From Mantamonas sphyraenae STR306 (lineage: Eukaryota; Protista; CRuMs), in assembly GCA_026936335.1 (NCBI GenBank), contig JAPMXV010000049.1:496001-560000 (forward strand): a stretch of 64,000 bases of DNA, written 5' to 3'. Shown here piece by piece: positions 12,069-25,231 of this stretch (within the stretch, counting starts at the first letter, position 1; every line of letters starts with the position of its first letter). The notes under the pieces were generated by a model. It was not told where the DNA came from and did not search any database. It saw nothing but the letters and a program-made list of their open reading frames with translations. Position numbers and translations under genes: made by a program.

Positions 12069-15042
12069 ATGTCCACCGTATTCTTGGCATGCACCGACTC
12101 AAACCAAGCCAGCGTGTGCGTGATCGTGCAGCATCGCGGCAGCAACACCGCATACTCCTTTGATGGCCGCTTCAACGAGAGCCAGGACACCGTCCGCTAC
12201 AACCACAGGCGCGCCCTCGGCCTCGCGACAGAGAACGACCCATCCAGCCTCGGCGACTGGGTCAACAAGTACACCAAGAAGAATGCTCGTGCCACTCCAG
12301 CCGAGTTTGCCGTCGACGCCGCCGCCCATCTCACGGGCAACGCCATTCCGGCCGACCACGCCGTCGAATACTGCAACTATGCCGTCACCCTTGCCATGGA
12401 CCCTGCAAAGTCCCCGTCCACCGCAGACGCCCTCACAAACACCGTACAGGTCCACCCCACCGACTATCTGCTCCTCAGTGGCGACAACACTGCCTATGTC
12501 ACTGTCAACGGCGTCGTCTTCACCCTCCTGTACGTTCTACCTACCACGCAAACCCCCTCCCTCTCTCCCCCTCTGCCTAGCACAGCCCCTTCCCCATGTC
12601 CACATGCTCTCTCCATGCCCTCTCCTTCTCCATCTCCCGCACTTTCTCCCGCTGCCTCCTCCCTCGCCCTCCTCCACCCCGTTTGTCAAGAGGGGAAATC
12701 CGAATTCCCCTTGGTTCTCCCCACTCCCACCACGCCTTCCATGCCTTGGTCCGCCGTCCCCCTGTGCACAATTTCCCATCGCCCGTTCCATGCGCCTGCC
12801 TCAACCCATGCCACACACTTACCCTCCCAATTGCCCTTCCCCCCACCCTTCCTTTCCCCATTCCCGCTCACAGGGCAACACGTCCATGGGCAAGGGCAAG
12901 ATCGGCTTCAACATGCTCCAGCGCCGTTATGCCAGCATTGGACTCGTCGACCCGGTCATTGTCAGCAGTGTGCAGCCCCAGGACAACTACGTCAGCCAGG
13001 TCACCTTTGCCATCGACTACTACAGCAACAAGAACGCCAACGACGGCCTTGTCTTTGACGACGGCGAACTCGAAAACCACGTCCAACAGTCCCTCGCCGG
13101 CCTCGCCCTCTCCATCGATCAGTCCCTCATGATTAAGAACCAGGACGTGTACGTCACCCTCGTTGTCCAGGATCTCGTCACACACTCTCTCAAAGATCTC
13201 AAGCGCAGCCTGAACATCAACGACGACGACACCGATCAGTCGTCCAGCTCCAGCTCCAGCAGCTCGTCCGCAGGCCCACCGTCCGTCTCTGTCGATTCGG
13301 GCAAGGCCCCTGCTGTCTCTGACGACGAGAAGCTTGACTGGGGCATGCTGCGCAAGGACTCGGCCTGCCTCTTCCAAAAGGCGCCCAACTCCCTCATCAA
13401 ACTCAACGCAGGCTCGGGTTCCTCCTCCACTGCTCCCCGCCAGCTGTTTTCTCCCGACTGGAACTTTGAGGACATGGGCATCGGTGGCCTCGACCGCGAG
13501 TTTTCAGACATCTTCCGTCGTGCCTTTGCCTCCCGTGTCTTTCCACTGTCCGTTGTCAAGAAACTGGGCATCAGCCACGTCAAGGGCATGCTGCTGTACG
13601 GCCCCCCGGGCACGGGCAAGACCCTCATTGCACGGAAGATCGGACACATGCTCAACGGCAAGGAACCCAAGGTGGTTGCCGGCCCGGAGATCCTCAACAA
13701 ATACGTGGGCGCCTCCGAGGAGAACGTGCGCGAGCTGTTTGCCGAAGCAGAGGCCGAGCAGAAGGAAATGGGCGACCAAAGTGACCTGCACATCATCATC
13801 CTCGACGAACTCGACGCCATTTGCAAGCAGCGCGGCTCACGCAACGACGGCACAGGCGTCGGCGACTCGGTCGTCAATCAGCTCCTCGCCAAAATCGACG
13901 GTGTGGAAGCCCTCAACAACATCCTGCTCATCGGCATGACCAACCGCAAGGACATGATCGACGACGCCCTCCTGCGCCCGGGCCGTCTCGAGGTCCACGT
14001 GGAAATCGGCCTCCCCGACGAAGCTGGCCGTGTGCAGATTCTCAACATCCACACACGCAAGATGCGCGAGGCCGAAATCATGTCCGAGGACGTCAGCATT
14101 GAGAAGCTCGCCGCAGAGACAAAGAACTTTAGTGGCGCGGAAATCGAGGGCCTCGTCAAGAGCGCAACCTCGTTTGCGCTCAACCGCCTCGTCAACGCAG
14201 GCAACATTGCAGAGCTCAAGGACAAGGACCTGGAAAATGACCTCGTGGTCAACATGGGTGACTTTGAGCACGCGCTGACAGAGGTCATTCCCGCCTTTGG
14301 TGTCGACGACGACATGTTTGAGGGCTGCGGCCACGAAAACATTGTCGTGTACAACGAGCAGTACGAGCGCCTCATTACTGCAGGCTCTTTGCTCACGCAG
14401 CAGGTCCAGTCCTCATCCGTGACCCCGCTCGTCAGCCTCCTCATCGAGGGAGACAAGAACACGGGCAAAAGCAGTCTCGCTGCGCGCATTGCCCTCAACT
14501 CAGACTACCCCTTTATCAAGCTCATCTCCCCCGAGCAGTACGTCGGCATGGCCGAGGCCAAAAAGACCCAGATGGTCGCCAAGGTGTTTGATGACGCCTA
14601 CAAGTCGCCCCTCAGCTGCATCATGATCGACGACCTCGAGCGTCTCCTTGGCTACGTGCCCATTGGTCCGCACTTCTCCAACCCCATGCTCCAGACGCTC
14701 CTTGTGCTCATCAATCGCACTCCGCCCAAGGGGCGCAAGCTCCTCATTGTCGCCACCACTTCTGACCGCCGTGTCATCGAAGCCCTCGGCCTCTACGATT
14801 CCTTCAGCACCTCCATCCATGTGCCTCGCCTGCCCGACGCAAATGCCGTCCAGCAGTGTCTTCTCCCGCTGCATGTCTTTTCCGAAAAGGACCTGCAACG
14901 CATCGATGACTCGGTGATCAAGGAGCCCATTGCCGTCGGCAAGCTCCTCATGCTCGTCGAAATGGCCCGTGCCGGCGAGCAGTACGTCGATTGGGACCGT
15001 TTCATGCAGGTTCTCCTTCTCCACGAGAGTGACTCGCTGTGA
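12069..15042 (+). CDS. NSF: Vesicle-fusing ATPase NSF/Sec18 with a ~105-aa N-terminal extension; intron 12530-12873
   Basis: MGIGGLDREFSDIFRRAFASR, Walker A GPPGTGKT, IILDELDAICKQRGS, the SRH MTNRKDMIDDALLRPGRLEV and D2 FDDAYKSPLS. The N domain starts PAKSPSTADALTN. The splice phase needs one extra G at 12874. Confidence 0.95.
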
Positions 15043-15135
15043 GTGGGAAACAGGTGGAAACAGTTTGAAACAAAAATCCGTCCTCCCTTCATTGCGTCAT
15101 GTCCTGCCGTCTGTGCATGCTCTTGCAACTTCCCC

Positions 15136-18100
15136 TCACATCTTCAGGTTGCCAAAATAGCTTCCTCGGCTGCTGCCAAACGATGATGTCGACGACGACG
15201 TGTTGTTCAACCCTGTCGAGGGCGGCGAGCTGCTCGACGACATGAAGCGTCGCGGCGACCCGCTTGTCTCGCCAAAGCTCGATGCACCCATGCTGCTGGC
15301 CGACGACGTGTTGTTTCGATCGCTCATGATCTTCTGGTGCTCCGTAATCTGCAGCTTGAAGCTGGCCTGTCGCAACTGCTCCTCCGACGAACGCAGCTGT
15401 TCGCGCAGATCTGCAACCTCCTTCGATGCCTCCTCGTATCGTGTGCGGTACAGCTGCACTTCATCCGTCAGTGTGCCGTTGTACGCCTCCAGCTTCGCCT
15501 TGGCCTCCTTCAGCTCCTCCAGCTTGCGGTTCAGTTCTCGGGTTTCCTGTGCATGCCTGTCCCGCGCGCTGTCCAGCTCCTCCTTGTGTGCCTGTCGGAT
15601 GTCCGACAGCGTACCCGAGCCCATCACACGCTCCAGCTTGTCTCGCAGCGTCTCTTCGATGTCCATCGCCACCTTCTTCTTCAGGAAGCTGATTTCGTCC
15701 TCGCTGCTCTTGCGCCATGCATCAAACTGCGCTCGGTTGATGCCCTCCTTCTGGAACATCGTTTGCAGCTCGTCGAATCGGTGCTCGAAGCTCTTGCTCA
15801 GCTCCTCTTGGCGCGCGCGGTTGCTCTTTTCGCTCTCCAGCGCCTTTTCCATTTGTCGCAGTTCCACCTCCAGCGCCACCTTGACGTTGTTCAGCTGCGA
15901 CAGCTTCTGCCGCTCATTCTGCAGTTCCACCTCCAGGTTGGCTTTGTCGTTCTCCAGCATCACACACCTCTCCTTGTACTCCTTCAGCGCCTCCTCTGTA
16001 CGCTGCTTGTCCGTGCCAATCAGCTCCCACTTGCGCAGCTCCGACGCCAGCTCGTGGCTCTTGGCCTCCAGCTCTTCGTAGTCCTGCTTCAGCGTGCTCA
16101 ACTGGCTCTCCAGCGTCGCACGTGCGTGCTTCTCTGCCTTCAGCGAGCTGCTCATCTCCAGCCTTGCCTTCATCTCGTCTCGCAGCTCGTTCTGCAGCTG
16201 CACCACCTTGGACTCCAGCGGTCCCTTGGCTGCGTTCAGATGGCTCTCAAAGTTGTCCTGCTTCTCCTGCATCACGCGGCGGTACTCCTCGATCGTTTCC
16301 AGATCGTTCTTGATTGCGCGCATGTCATGCTCCAGCGCACTCTTGGTCGCCTTGAACTCGTTCGCCAGCGTCTCCGAACGCATGGCCTCAGCTGCCTCCA
16401 AGCGCGCACGCCACTCCTCTTCCATCTGCGACATCACTTCGCTCTTGGACGCCTCCAACTCGCCCATGCGCTTCTGTGTTTGCTTGTGCTGCTCACGCTC
16501 AAACTCCAGCTTCTCGCTCAGCACCTTGTTCTTCACCTGCAACTGTGCCAGCTGTTCCTCTACGCCCATCTTGCTGCGCTGCAGCGCCTCGCTGTTGGAT
16601 CGTTCGCGCGACACCTGCAGCTTCAGCTCCTCCGACGCGCTCTTGCGCACTTCGTCCTGTTCTCCCTTGGCGTGCTTCACCTTCAGCTTCAGGTCTTCAA
16701 TCATCACCTGTGCATGCTTCAGACTCGACTGCAGCTCGCCAATCTCCGTTGCCAGTTCCGAGTTGTGCGCGGCCAATTCGCGCCTTTCCTCGTCCACTCC
16801 GGCCAGCTTGCTTTCGGTTTGTTCGGCTCGCTCCACCAGCGTGGCCACCTGCGCTTCCATCTTGGCCTTGGCCTCCGCCAGCTCCTTTGCGTATGCTGCG
16901 CTCTCTGCCAGCTCGTTCTTGGCGCTTGTCAGCTCGCTTGCCATCCCCTGCTTCGCCTCCATGGCTGCGTTCAGCTTCTCCGTCTGCGCCTTGAACTCTG
17001 CCAACAGGCCGCTGTACTGGTCGCCCACCGTCTTGACTTCCGAGTTGGCGTTGGCCAGCTGCACCTTGCTGGCTGCCGCAGACTCTTCCAACTTGCTGTT
17101 CTCCAGCGTCACCATGTCCAGCTTGTTTTCCAACTTGTCGATCACATTCTGCAGCTGTCCGTTGCGACTCAGCGCCTCTGCCAAATCCTGCTGCACCTTG
17201 TTCACCTGCATGTTCAGCTCCTCGTTCGCCTGGTTCATCTGCTCCAGTTCCTCCTCCATCTGGTCCTTCTCGCTCTGCTGCAGATCCATCTGCTGTTGGT
17301 TGATGCGCTGCTCCAGGGCCATGTCCTTGCGCAGCTTGTTCACCGTGTCGTTTGTCTCACGCTCCATGTTGGCTCGCGCCGTGTCCATCTCGCTTCGCAG
17401 CTTCTCCATGGCGTGTTCTGTGTCCCGTACACGGTTGCGTGCCTCTTCGATGTCCTTCAGCAGTGCTGCGTTGCTCTCCTCCAGGTTGCCAATCTGTCGC
17501 TTGGCCTCCCGGCGCTCTTCCTCCAGCGCCGCCTGAGTGCTCTTCAGCTCGCTTTCCATGTTGCTTGTCGACTGATCCAGCTTGAACGTGTGCATCTTCT
17601 CCTCGTCCAGCTTGGCCTTGGCTCGCTCACCTGCTCTCTCCAGCAGCTCCTTGGTCTCCTCCACGTGTGCAAACTTGTTCGACAGAACCTCGTACTTCTC
17701 GCTCAGCGCCACAAACTTTTCGTGGGCCGTCGCACGCTTGCTTTCCAGCTCTGCGTTGGTCGCCCACGTGGACTCCACCTTCTCCTCCAGCTCCTTGCGT
17801 GTCTGTTCCAGGCTGCGCAGCTGTTCCTCCAGCTGCCTGTTGCTGCCCTCCAGCTGCGACTTGGCCAGGTTCAAAAAGTCGATCTTTTGCTGCGCTGCGT
17901 CCAGTTCCATCTTTGCCTTTTCGCGTGCACCGCTCTCGGCCTTTGCCTTGGCGTCCACCAGCGAGCGCACCTCGCTGCTCTTTTCTTGCAGCTGCTTCTC
18001 AGCGTTGCGTTGCCATTCGCGGCTCTCTTGCTGCAGCTCCGACAGGGCGTTCTTGGTCTCGCCCAGTTCCTTCTCCGTGCGAGCCAGCTTCTCCAGAGCA

Positions 18101-21100
18101 GACTCCAGGCGTGCGCTCGCGCCCGACTTTTCGCTCATCAGCTCCGCGTTGCGCTGCGACAGCTCAAAGTTGTTGGCCTCCAGCTCCTTGCGTGTGGTGT
18201 GCAACTCGTCGGCGCGGTTCTTCAGGTCGCTGTGCACGCTCTCGCTGCGGTTCTTAAACATACGCAGGTCGCCGAGCTCATTCTCCATGCTCAGGATGCG
18301 CTGCTGGTCGACCTTGCGCTGCTGGTCGCTCTCCTGCAGCTTGGCCTCCATGTTCTTGATGCGTTCCTCCTGGGATGCGTTTGCGCCGTGCAGTTGTGTG
18401 CGCACACGCGACGCGTCCTCCAGCTTGCTCTGCGTGGCCTTCAACTGCTCTTCCGTGCTCTCCAGCAGCGCGCGCAGGTTGTTCACCTCGGCCTCCATGG
18501 TCACGGTGGTTGTGTGCAGCTCCGAACGTTCCGCTTCGCTGTTCTGCAGCTGCTTCTCCAGCGCCTCACGCTCCTCGCCCTCACGGTTCAGCTGTTCCGT
18601 GTATCGCTCCAGACGCTCCGTCTGTGCCGCCTTGTTGTTCTCCAGCAGCGACAGCTGTGCGTTGACCGCCTCGAACTTTTGCATGTAAAAGTCGGCGTTC
18701 TGCTGCGCGTGCTCCAGGTCGCTTGTGCTCTTGGCCAGCTGCGCCTCAAGGCCGTGTGTCTGCTCGCTGCTCTGGCTCAACTGATCGTTCAGCTCGCGGA
18801 TTGTGTTTTCGCTCTCGCGGAACTTGTCCTCGGACATCTGCAGCTTGTCTTCGGCTGCGCTCAGGCGCTCTTCAGCCACGCTGCGTGCACGGTCCGACTC
18901 GCGCACCTCCCGGTTCAGTTCGTCCACCTTGACCGAGTAGTTGCTCGTTTCCTCGCTCAGCTCACGCACACGCTCCTCCTTCTCCGCCACCTTGTTCTCC
19001 AACACCGCCTTTGTCTCGCGCAGGTCTGCTGCCTCGCGCTCCAGCGCCTCACGTCCCTGCTCCAGCTCGTTCTTCAGCGCCTCCATGTTTTCCATGCGGT
19101 CGCGCACAGACGCCAGGCGCTCCTCCACCGCGCTCTTCTGGCCCTTCAGGCCGTACAGCTCCGCCGCCTGCTCCTCGTACTTGTGGCGCAGTTCGTCGTA
19201 GTTGCCCTGCAGCATGTCCTGCTGCTTGGTCAGGTCGCTCACGTCCTTCTCCAGGATGGTCTTTGCGTGCACCGTCGTCTTGAGATCCGTGCTCACCTTG
19301 ACCTTTTCCTTCTCCAGCGCCTCCAGCTGGATTTCCGCCTGCTGCAGACGCGTTTCGGTCACCAGCAGCTTCTCCTCCAGCTTGTCCTTCTCTGCGTTGC
19401 TCCTTTGCAGCGCCACGGCGTTGTTGTCCGACACCTCGCGTGCGCTTGCCTCGCTTGCGCTGAGCTCGGTGATGCGTGCGCGGCACTCGGCCACAGTGGC
19501 TTCCAACGACGCACGCTCGCCACCCAGCTTCTTCAGTTCCTTGCTGGCAGCCTCCAGTTCCGCGGAAAGTTTCTCCACGCGTTGCTCGGCCTCTTCGGCA
19601 CGGTGCGTCAAGGCAGCCACTTCGGCTTCCAGACGCGACTTGTCGCTGGCCACGCTGGCGCCGCTCTTGACCTCGGCCTCCCACTTGTCGTAGTTTGTGT
19701 TGCGTTCCGTCTCCATCTCCTTGAGGCGAGAGGAAAGCAGTTCGAGCTGAGATGTGACGGTGAGCAGACGGTCGCTGTTCTTCTTTCCGTTCGCCTCGAG
19801 TTCGGCCTTGGCAAGCTGCAACGCCGCCTCGCTGTCGTTGACCTTGTTCAACTGCTCCACCGTCGTCTTGTGCTCCTGCACAAGCACAGCCAGCTCCTGG
19901 GCGGTGCTGGCCAGCTTGGCTTCACTCTTTTGCAGCGACACGGTGAGTTGCGAACGCGCCTCGTGTGCCTCGGCATACTTCTCCTCCACCTCTTCCAGAC
20001 GCTGGCGTGTGCTGGCAAGGCTGTCCTCGGCCACACGCAGCTTGTCCTGCAGTTCCTGCTTGGCGCGTTGGGTGTCCACCAGCTCCTCACTCTTGTCGGT
20101 CAACTGTGCGTTGAGGTAGGCCTGTTCCTGCCTGGCCATGGCCTGTTCCTTGTCATGTTCTCCCTGCGCCTTGGTCAGTGCCTCCAGCTGGCTCTGCAGT
20201 TGCTCGCACGTCTCCTGCAAGCGGGTTGCTGCTTCGCTCTTCTCCTCGGCGGTTGCCTCTGCGCGTGCCTTTGCCTCAAGCAGACGCCTGTTCTCGGCGT
20301 CCGCCTGAGCCTTGCCCGATTCCCACGAGTTGGAAGCACGCTGCGAAGTGTCCAGGGCCTGCTGCAGGCTCTGCACCTTTTCGGCGGCCTTTGCGGCTGC
20401 AGTCTGGGCGACAATGCGGCCCTTTTGCTCGTTGTCGTACTTGACTTGCATGGCCTTGAGTTCGTCCTCCAGATTGCCAAGGCGCGCCTTGTGCTCGGCC
20501 AGACTGGCTTCCAACTTGACGCGGTCCTCGCGGGTCTGCTGCAGCTCCTGCTTGGCGATGGCCAGGTCGTGCTCCAGCGTGCCCCTGTTCTCCTCCAGAC
20601 TCTTGCGCTTGTCCTCCAGGGCGGCAAAGCGTTCGTCGGCGCCCGCCTTGTATGCCTCGAGCACGTTGCGTTGCGAGCGTTCGTCCTCGTACAGGCGTGT
20701 GCGTTCGTCGAGCAGTTTGCTGGTGTGACGCAGCTTCTCCTCCGCCTCGGCCAGCTTCTCGCGCAGCTCGCTGGCATCTCGTTCCAGCCTGCCCGTGCGC
20801 TCGTCTTCCAGCGCACGCTTCTGCTCATCAAACTTGGCCTTCTGTTCCGCCTGGTTGTTGGCGTCCCGCAGCTTTGTCTTTTCCGCGCGCTCGCTCTCCA
20901 GCGCAGCACGCAGCTCGTCCAGCTCGCGTTCGTACTCCTGCTTGATGTCGGCTATGGTGGGACAGTGGACGCAATTGGTGTGGTGGTCGCGGTTGTGGCG
21001 GGTGGGAGGCGGTGTGAGTTCACAGTTGTGGACGGAGGTTTGGACGGGCGCCGCGAGCGAAGTAAGACACGGTGTCACGATCGTCGTGTGCACCCCAGGC

Positions 21101-22300
21101 ACGTACAAGGACGTGAAGGGTGACACACACGAGCCCATGGGCTGGATAACGATGTGGAGCATGCATGTGTGGATGTGCGGGAGGCGTGATGTGTGTACAG
21201 GGTGCATGGCGGCGTGGCGCGCAGTGACCGTTGACAAGTCGTGCGGCGGATGATTTCGAGTATTCCAGAGACGAGGCCCGAGCTGGACGCCCGACGACTC
21301 TCATGGCCAGCGCGCAGAACAGGGACGGTGGCACCTGCGCCCACACAGAGGTGGAATGCGAGAGGGCAAGGCAGAGGTGGAAGGAAGCAAGCGCTGGCAA
21401 AAAGGGAAAGGGGCCAATGGAAATTGGGGCCAAAAAGAGGGAACCCCAAAAAAAGCGTCGAGGCTCCCCCGGCACACACAATGTGGACTCACCCTCGGTT
21501 TTGGCGCTGTGCTGCACCTGGCTGAGCTTGCCTTGGAGCTCGCTGCGCTCCATCTGCAACTGGGAGATCTTCTCCTCCATGGCCTCCTTGCCCTGGAGCA
21601 GGGTTTCCTTCTGCTCGCGCTCCGAAGCAAGGGTCTGCTCCATCACCTTGCTGCGCACCTGCAGGTCTTGCAGCTGGCTCTGCTCAGACTCCAGGCGGCT
21701 GGCCACGGCAGACTTCTCCTCCTCCAGCTTGTGGTTGGCTGTACGCAGGTCTGAGTTGGCAGCCTCGAGCACACCGTTCTTCTTTTTCAAGTCGGCGGTG
21801 AGGTCGCTGTTGGTGCGCTGCTCCTCCAGCAACCTGTCCTTGAGTGTGGCGTTCTCACTCTTGGCATCCGTCAGCTGCTTCTCCAGCAACTCCTTGCGCT
21901 TGAACAGGGCGTCATATTGCTCGTGCAGCTGAGCCATCACCTCGTTCTGGGAGGCGTTCTTTTGCGCAAGCTCTTCGACATTGCTTTTGTACGTTGCTTT
22001 GCTCAGCTCCAGCTCGTTGCTCAGCCGTTCCATGGCCTTGTTGTTCTCCAGCAGCTTCTCTTGCAGCTGGGTCACTGACGACTCCATCTTGCGACTGTGG
22101 TCGTTCTGCTGGGCCAGAGACATCTCCTGGAGTGCTCCGGTGAGCTTGTCAAATGCAGCGGCAATCAGCTCGTTGCCGTCGTTGCCCACGTTGCCGTTGG
22201 GCGTGCTGTATGCTCCCGGTGTTCCGTACGTCGACTGTGGCGACTGAAACGGTGCCGAGGAGCTTCCTTTGTTGCTCGATGGCGAGTCGGTTTCGGACAT
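15136..22300 (-). CDS. Giant coiled-coil protein A (~2200 aa), paralogue of the protein at 31265-38705; intron 20952-21492
   Basis: Ser/Pro-rich head, ~2100 aa of continuous heptads and a Ser-rich tail. The phase-1 intron G|GTGAGT...ATAG|CC joins the 521-aa and 2033-aa ORFs. Confidence 0.88.
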
Positions 22301-22360
22301 CGGGCTGAAGGTCGGGGTTTTCCGTTGTTGGGCGCGGCGCTTCGTGCCCCGGCGAACCCA
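22301..22360. promoter_or_regulatory. Putative bidirectional promoter (60 bp between divergent ATGs)
   Basis: Position between the coiled-coil A ATG (22300, -) and the predicted OGT-like ATG (22361, +). Confidence 0.4.
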
Positions 22361-25204
22361 ATGTCCCCGCACAGACCACGAGCACCGGGCCACGTGCCTC
22401 TGGTGTATGTTTGTGCCCTCATCCTGCTCCTCCTTGGTGCCTGCGTGGAAGGCAAGCCGCGTGTCGGCCGCAAGGCACCACACACACACCGCAAACGGCC
22501 TGTACAGGGCGCACACGTGCACACAACCTCTGCAGCACGTTCCGATGCGCCCCATGTACCCGCAAAACATGTACAAACTTCCCACGTGGTCCGCTGCCCG
22601 TCAGCCGGTCGCAGTGTGGCGCAACTTGCGTACGTTGTGATTCAAACCCTGCGACGACGGCACTGAATGACTGACACAGCCGGGGACGGGTTCACAGAGC
22701 ACGTGTGCGTGATTCACTTCGCTCGCGCAAGCTTGCAGATGCTCTACTGTGTGCCGAGGACGCCACCAAGTTGGAACCGAGCAATGGACAAGGTGGGCAG
22801 CGTGTGTGTGTGTGCAGGGGGAGCGAGAGCCACACGGGAAGCAGATGGAACATCGAATTGACACAAACACACACACCGTACACATGGATGCGCTGCACAC
22901 ACAGCGTGGTTCCTGTTGGCCGTGGCGACAGCGAGCGGTGGTGGTGGCGGGTTGGTGGACTCGCTTGAGCTGTTTCGCAAATGCCACAGCGTGGACAAGA
23001 CGTTTGGGGCAGCATACGTGGAACACGGAAAGGTGTTGACGCAACTGCAGCGGATGCAAGAGGCACGCACGGTGTACAGGCAGTGCCTGGAGGTGACGGA
23101 GAAGCAGCCAAACTGCTTTCTGAATCTGGTCAAGGTGCTGAATGTGTTGGGCAAGGTTGACGAGGCACAGACGGTTCTGGAGCGCATGTTGGTGCTGTAC
23201 GACGACTTTGCACAGGGCCACCATATCCTGGCGATGATGTACCGGGAAAAAGGGAGGAACATGGCAGCGGCAGAGCAGTACAAGCGGGCTGTGGCGCAGG
23301 AGCCAGGCAACGCCGAGTTTGTAAACAACCTGGCCATCTTGCTGTGGGAGCTGGACGAGAAAAAGGCGGCCATCGACGCGCTGTTGGATGCGACACAGAA
23401 GCACGGGGTCAGCAGCCAGAACGTGCACAACAACCTGGGCAACATGTGGTTCAAGACAGGACAGTTTGAATGGGCCAAGCAACAGTTTGAACGTGCGCTG
23501 GCATACGATGGCACCGACGAGCGCGTGCGCATGAGCCTGGCACACAGCCACAAGAATCTGAAGCGTTGGGATCTGGCCAAGGAACAATTGGAGCAAGTGC
23601 TTGCGCTGAATGCGACGCACACAGAGGCACTTTACGAGCTAGGCAGCATCCTTAAAGCGGAGAAGCAGCATAGGGAGGCCATCCCTGTGCTGGAGCGTTT
23701 GATGGCGCTGGATCCAGAGTACAAGGACGTGCTTCATCACCTCTTTGAGTCCAACGGCTACCTGTGCAATTGGACACGATACGAAGAGCATATGGAGGAG
23801 CTGCAGCGAGTCCTGGAAAGGCAACTGGCGGCAGGGGATGGGGTGCATCCACACGTGACACCGTTCCAGGCATTGCTGTACCCGTTGACAGGGAAACATT
23901 CGCTGGACATCGGGGCAAGGTACGCAAACTCGTTCTTCAAGGCCTCAAAGGCATACAGACACGATTTGGCGAGTGGAGTGGCGCAACTGGGCACGGGACG
24001 GTTGCGCATTGCGTACGTGTCGGATTTTCTCGACAATCCGATCACGCAGACGATGAACCACGTGTATCGGCTGCACGACAGGTCACGCGTGGAGGTGTTT
24101 TGCTATGCGCTGCAGGAAGACAACGGACGGGCAAAGTACCGTGCGTCGGTGCAGAGTGGGTGTGAGCACTGGATCGACGTGAGCGGGATGGATGACGCAG
24201 CAGTGGCAGCTCGGATTGCAGCTGACAAGATGCACGTGCTGGTGGATTTGCACGGCTACGTTACGGGAGCGCGGCTGAGCATCCTTGCAGAGCGGCCTGC
24301 ACCTGTGATGTCCCACTACCAAGGGTTTCCGGGCACGCTGGGGGCACCATGGTGCGACTACATCATTGTAGACCGGCAGGTGGTGCCTGTGGAGATGGAG
24401 GCTGTGTACAGTGAAAAGATGGTGTATCTGCCGGACGCGTACTTGGTGGCGAACCACAAACTGGATCACGCAAAGCTGCTGCGCGTGAACCAGAGCCAGT
24501 ACCCTGCAGAACGCTTTGGATTGCCGTCGGACAAGTTCATCTTTTGCAGCTTCAACAGTTTGTACAAGATTTCGCCACGGATCTTTCGCGTGTGGATGCG
24601 TATTCTGTACCGGGTGCCCGGTTCTGTGCTCTGGCTGCAAAAATACCCGGAGGAGGCTGTGGACAACGTGCGAGAGAATGCAGCGCAGCTGCTGGCCGAG
24701 GTGATGCGGGAGAACGGCGAGACGGTGGATGTGGAGGCTGTGCGGAAGGAGTTGCGGGAGAGGTTGTTGTTCAGTCCGCCGTTTCCGGACGATGTGCACA
24801 TTTTGGTGAAGAGCAAGGGCAGCCTGTTCCTGGACAACCCTGTTTACAATGCCCACTCGACGGGTCTGGATATTCTGTGGGCGGGTGTGCCGATGCTAAG
24901 CTGGCCGCTGGAGCGGATGGCGTCGCGTGTGGCGTCGTCGCTGATGAAGGCGGCGCAGGTGGACAGGAACCCAGAGATGATTGTGCACAGTGCCGAGGAG
25001 TATGAAGAGCGGGCGGTGTGGCTGGCTACAGACGGACGTGGTGAGCTGGAGGCGTTGCGTGCCCGTCTTTGGACAGGACGTGCGACTGTGCCCTTGTTTG
25101 ACGTCGAACTGTGGGTTCACAATGTGGAACGTGCCTATGTGTTGATGGCCGAGGTGTGGGCGGCTGGGCGTGATCCCATGCACGTGGTGGTGTGGCGGGA
25201 GTGA
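22361..25204 (+). CDS. TPR-containing GT41 glycosyltransferase (OGT/SEC-like) with a predicted N-terminal signal peptide; introns 22452-22535 (GC-AG), 22630-22679, 22793-22904
   Basis: Multiple TPRs (NNLGNMW, LYELGSIL). Catalytic motifs LRIAYVSDF, EVFCYAL, LVDLHGY, RPAPV..YQGFPGTLGA, FNSLYKISP and YNAHSTGLDILWAGVP. The three upstream exons join in consistent phases. Confidence 0.88.
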
Positions 25205-25231
25205 ACGCAACAAAAAACACAAGTACAAACC

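Noticed and set aside
15337-21123. 1928-aa ORF on the + strand
   Set aside because: Antisense shadow of coiled-coil A. GC-biased E/Q/K/L codons rarely produce stops on the reverse strand, and the L/Q/V-rich product has no motifs.
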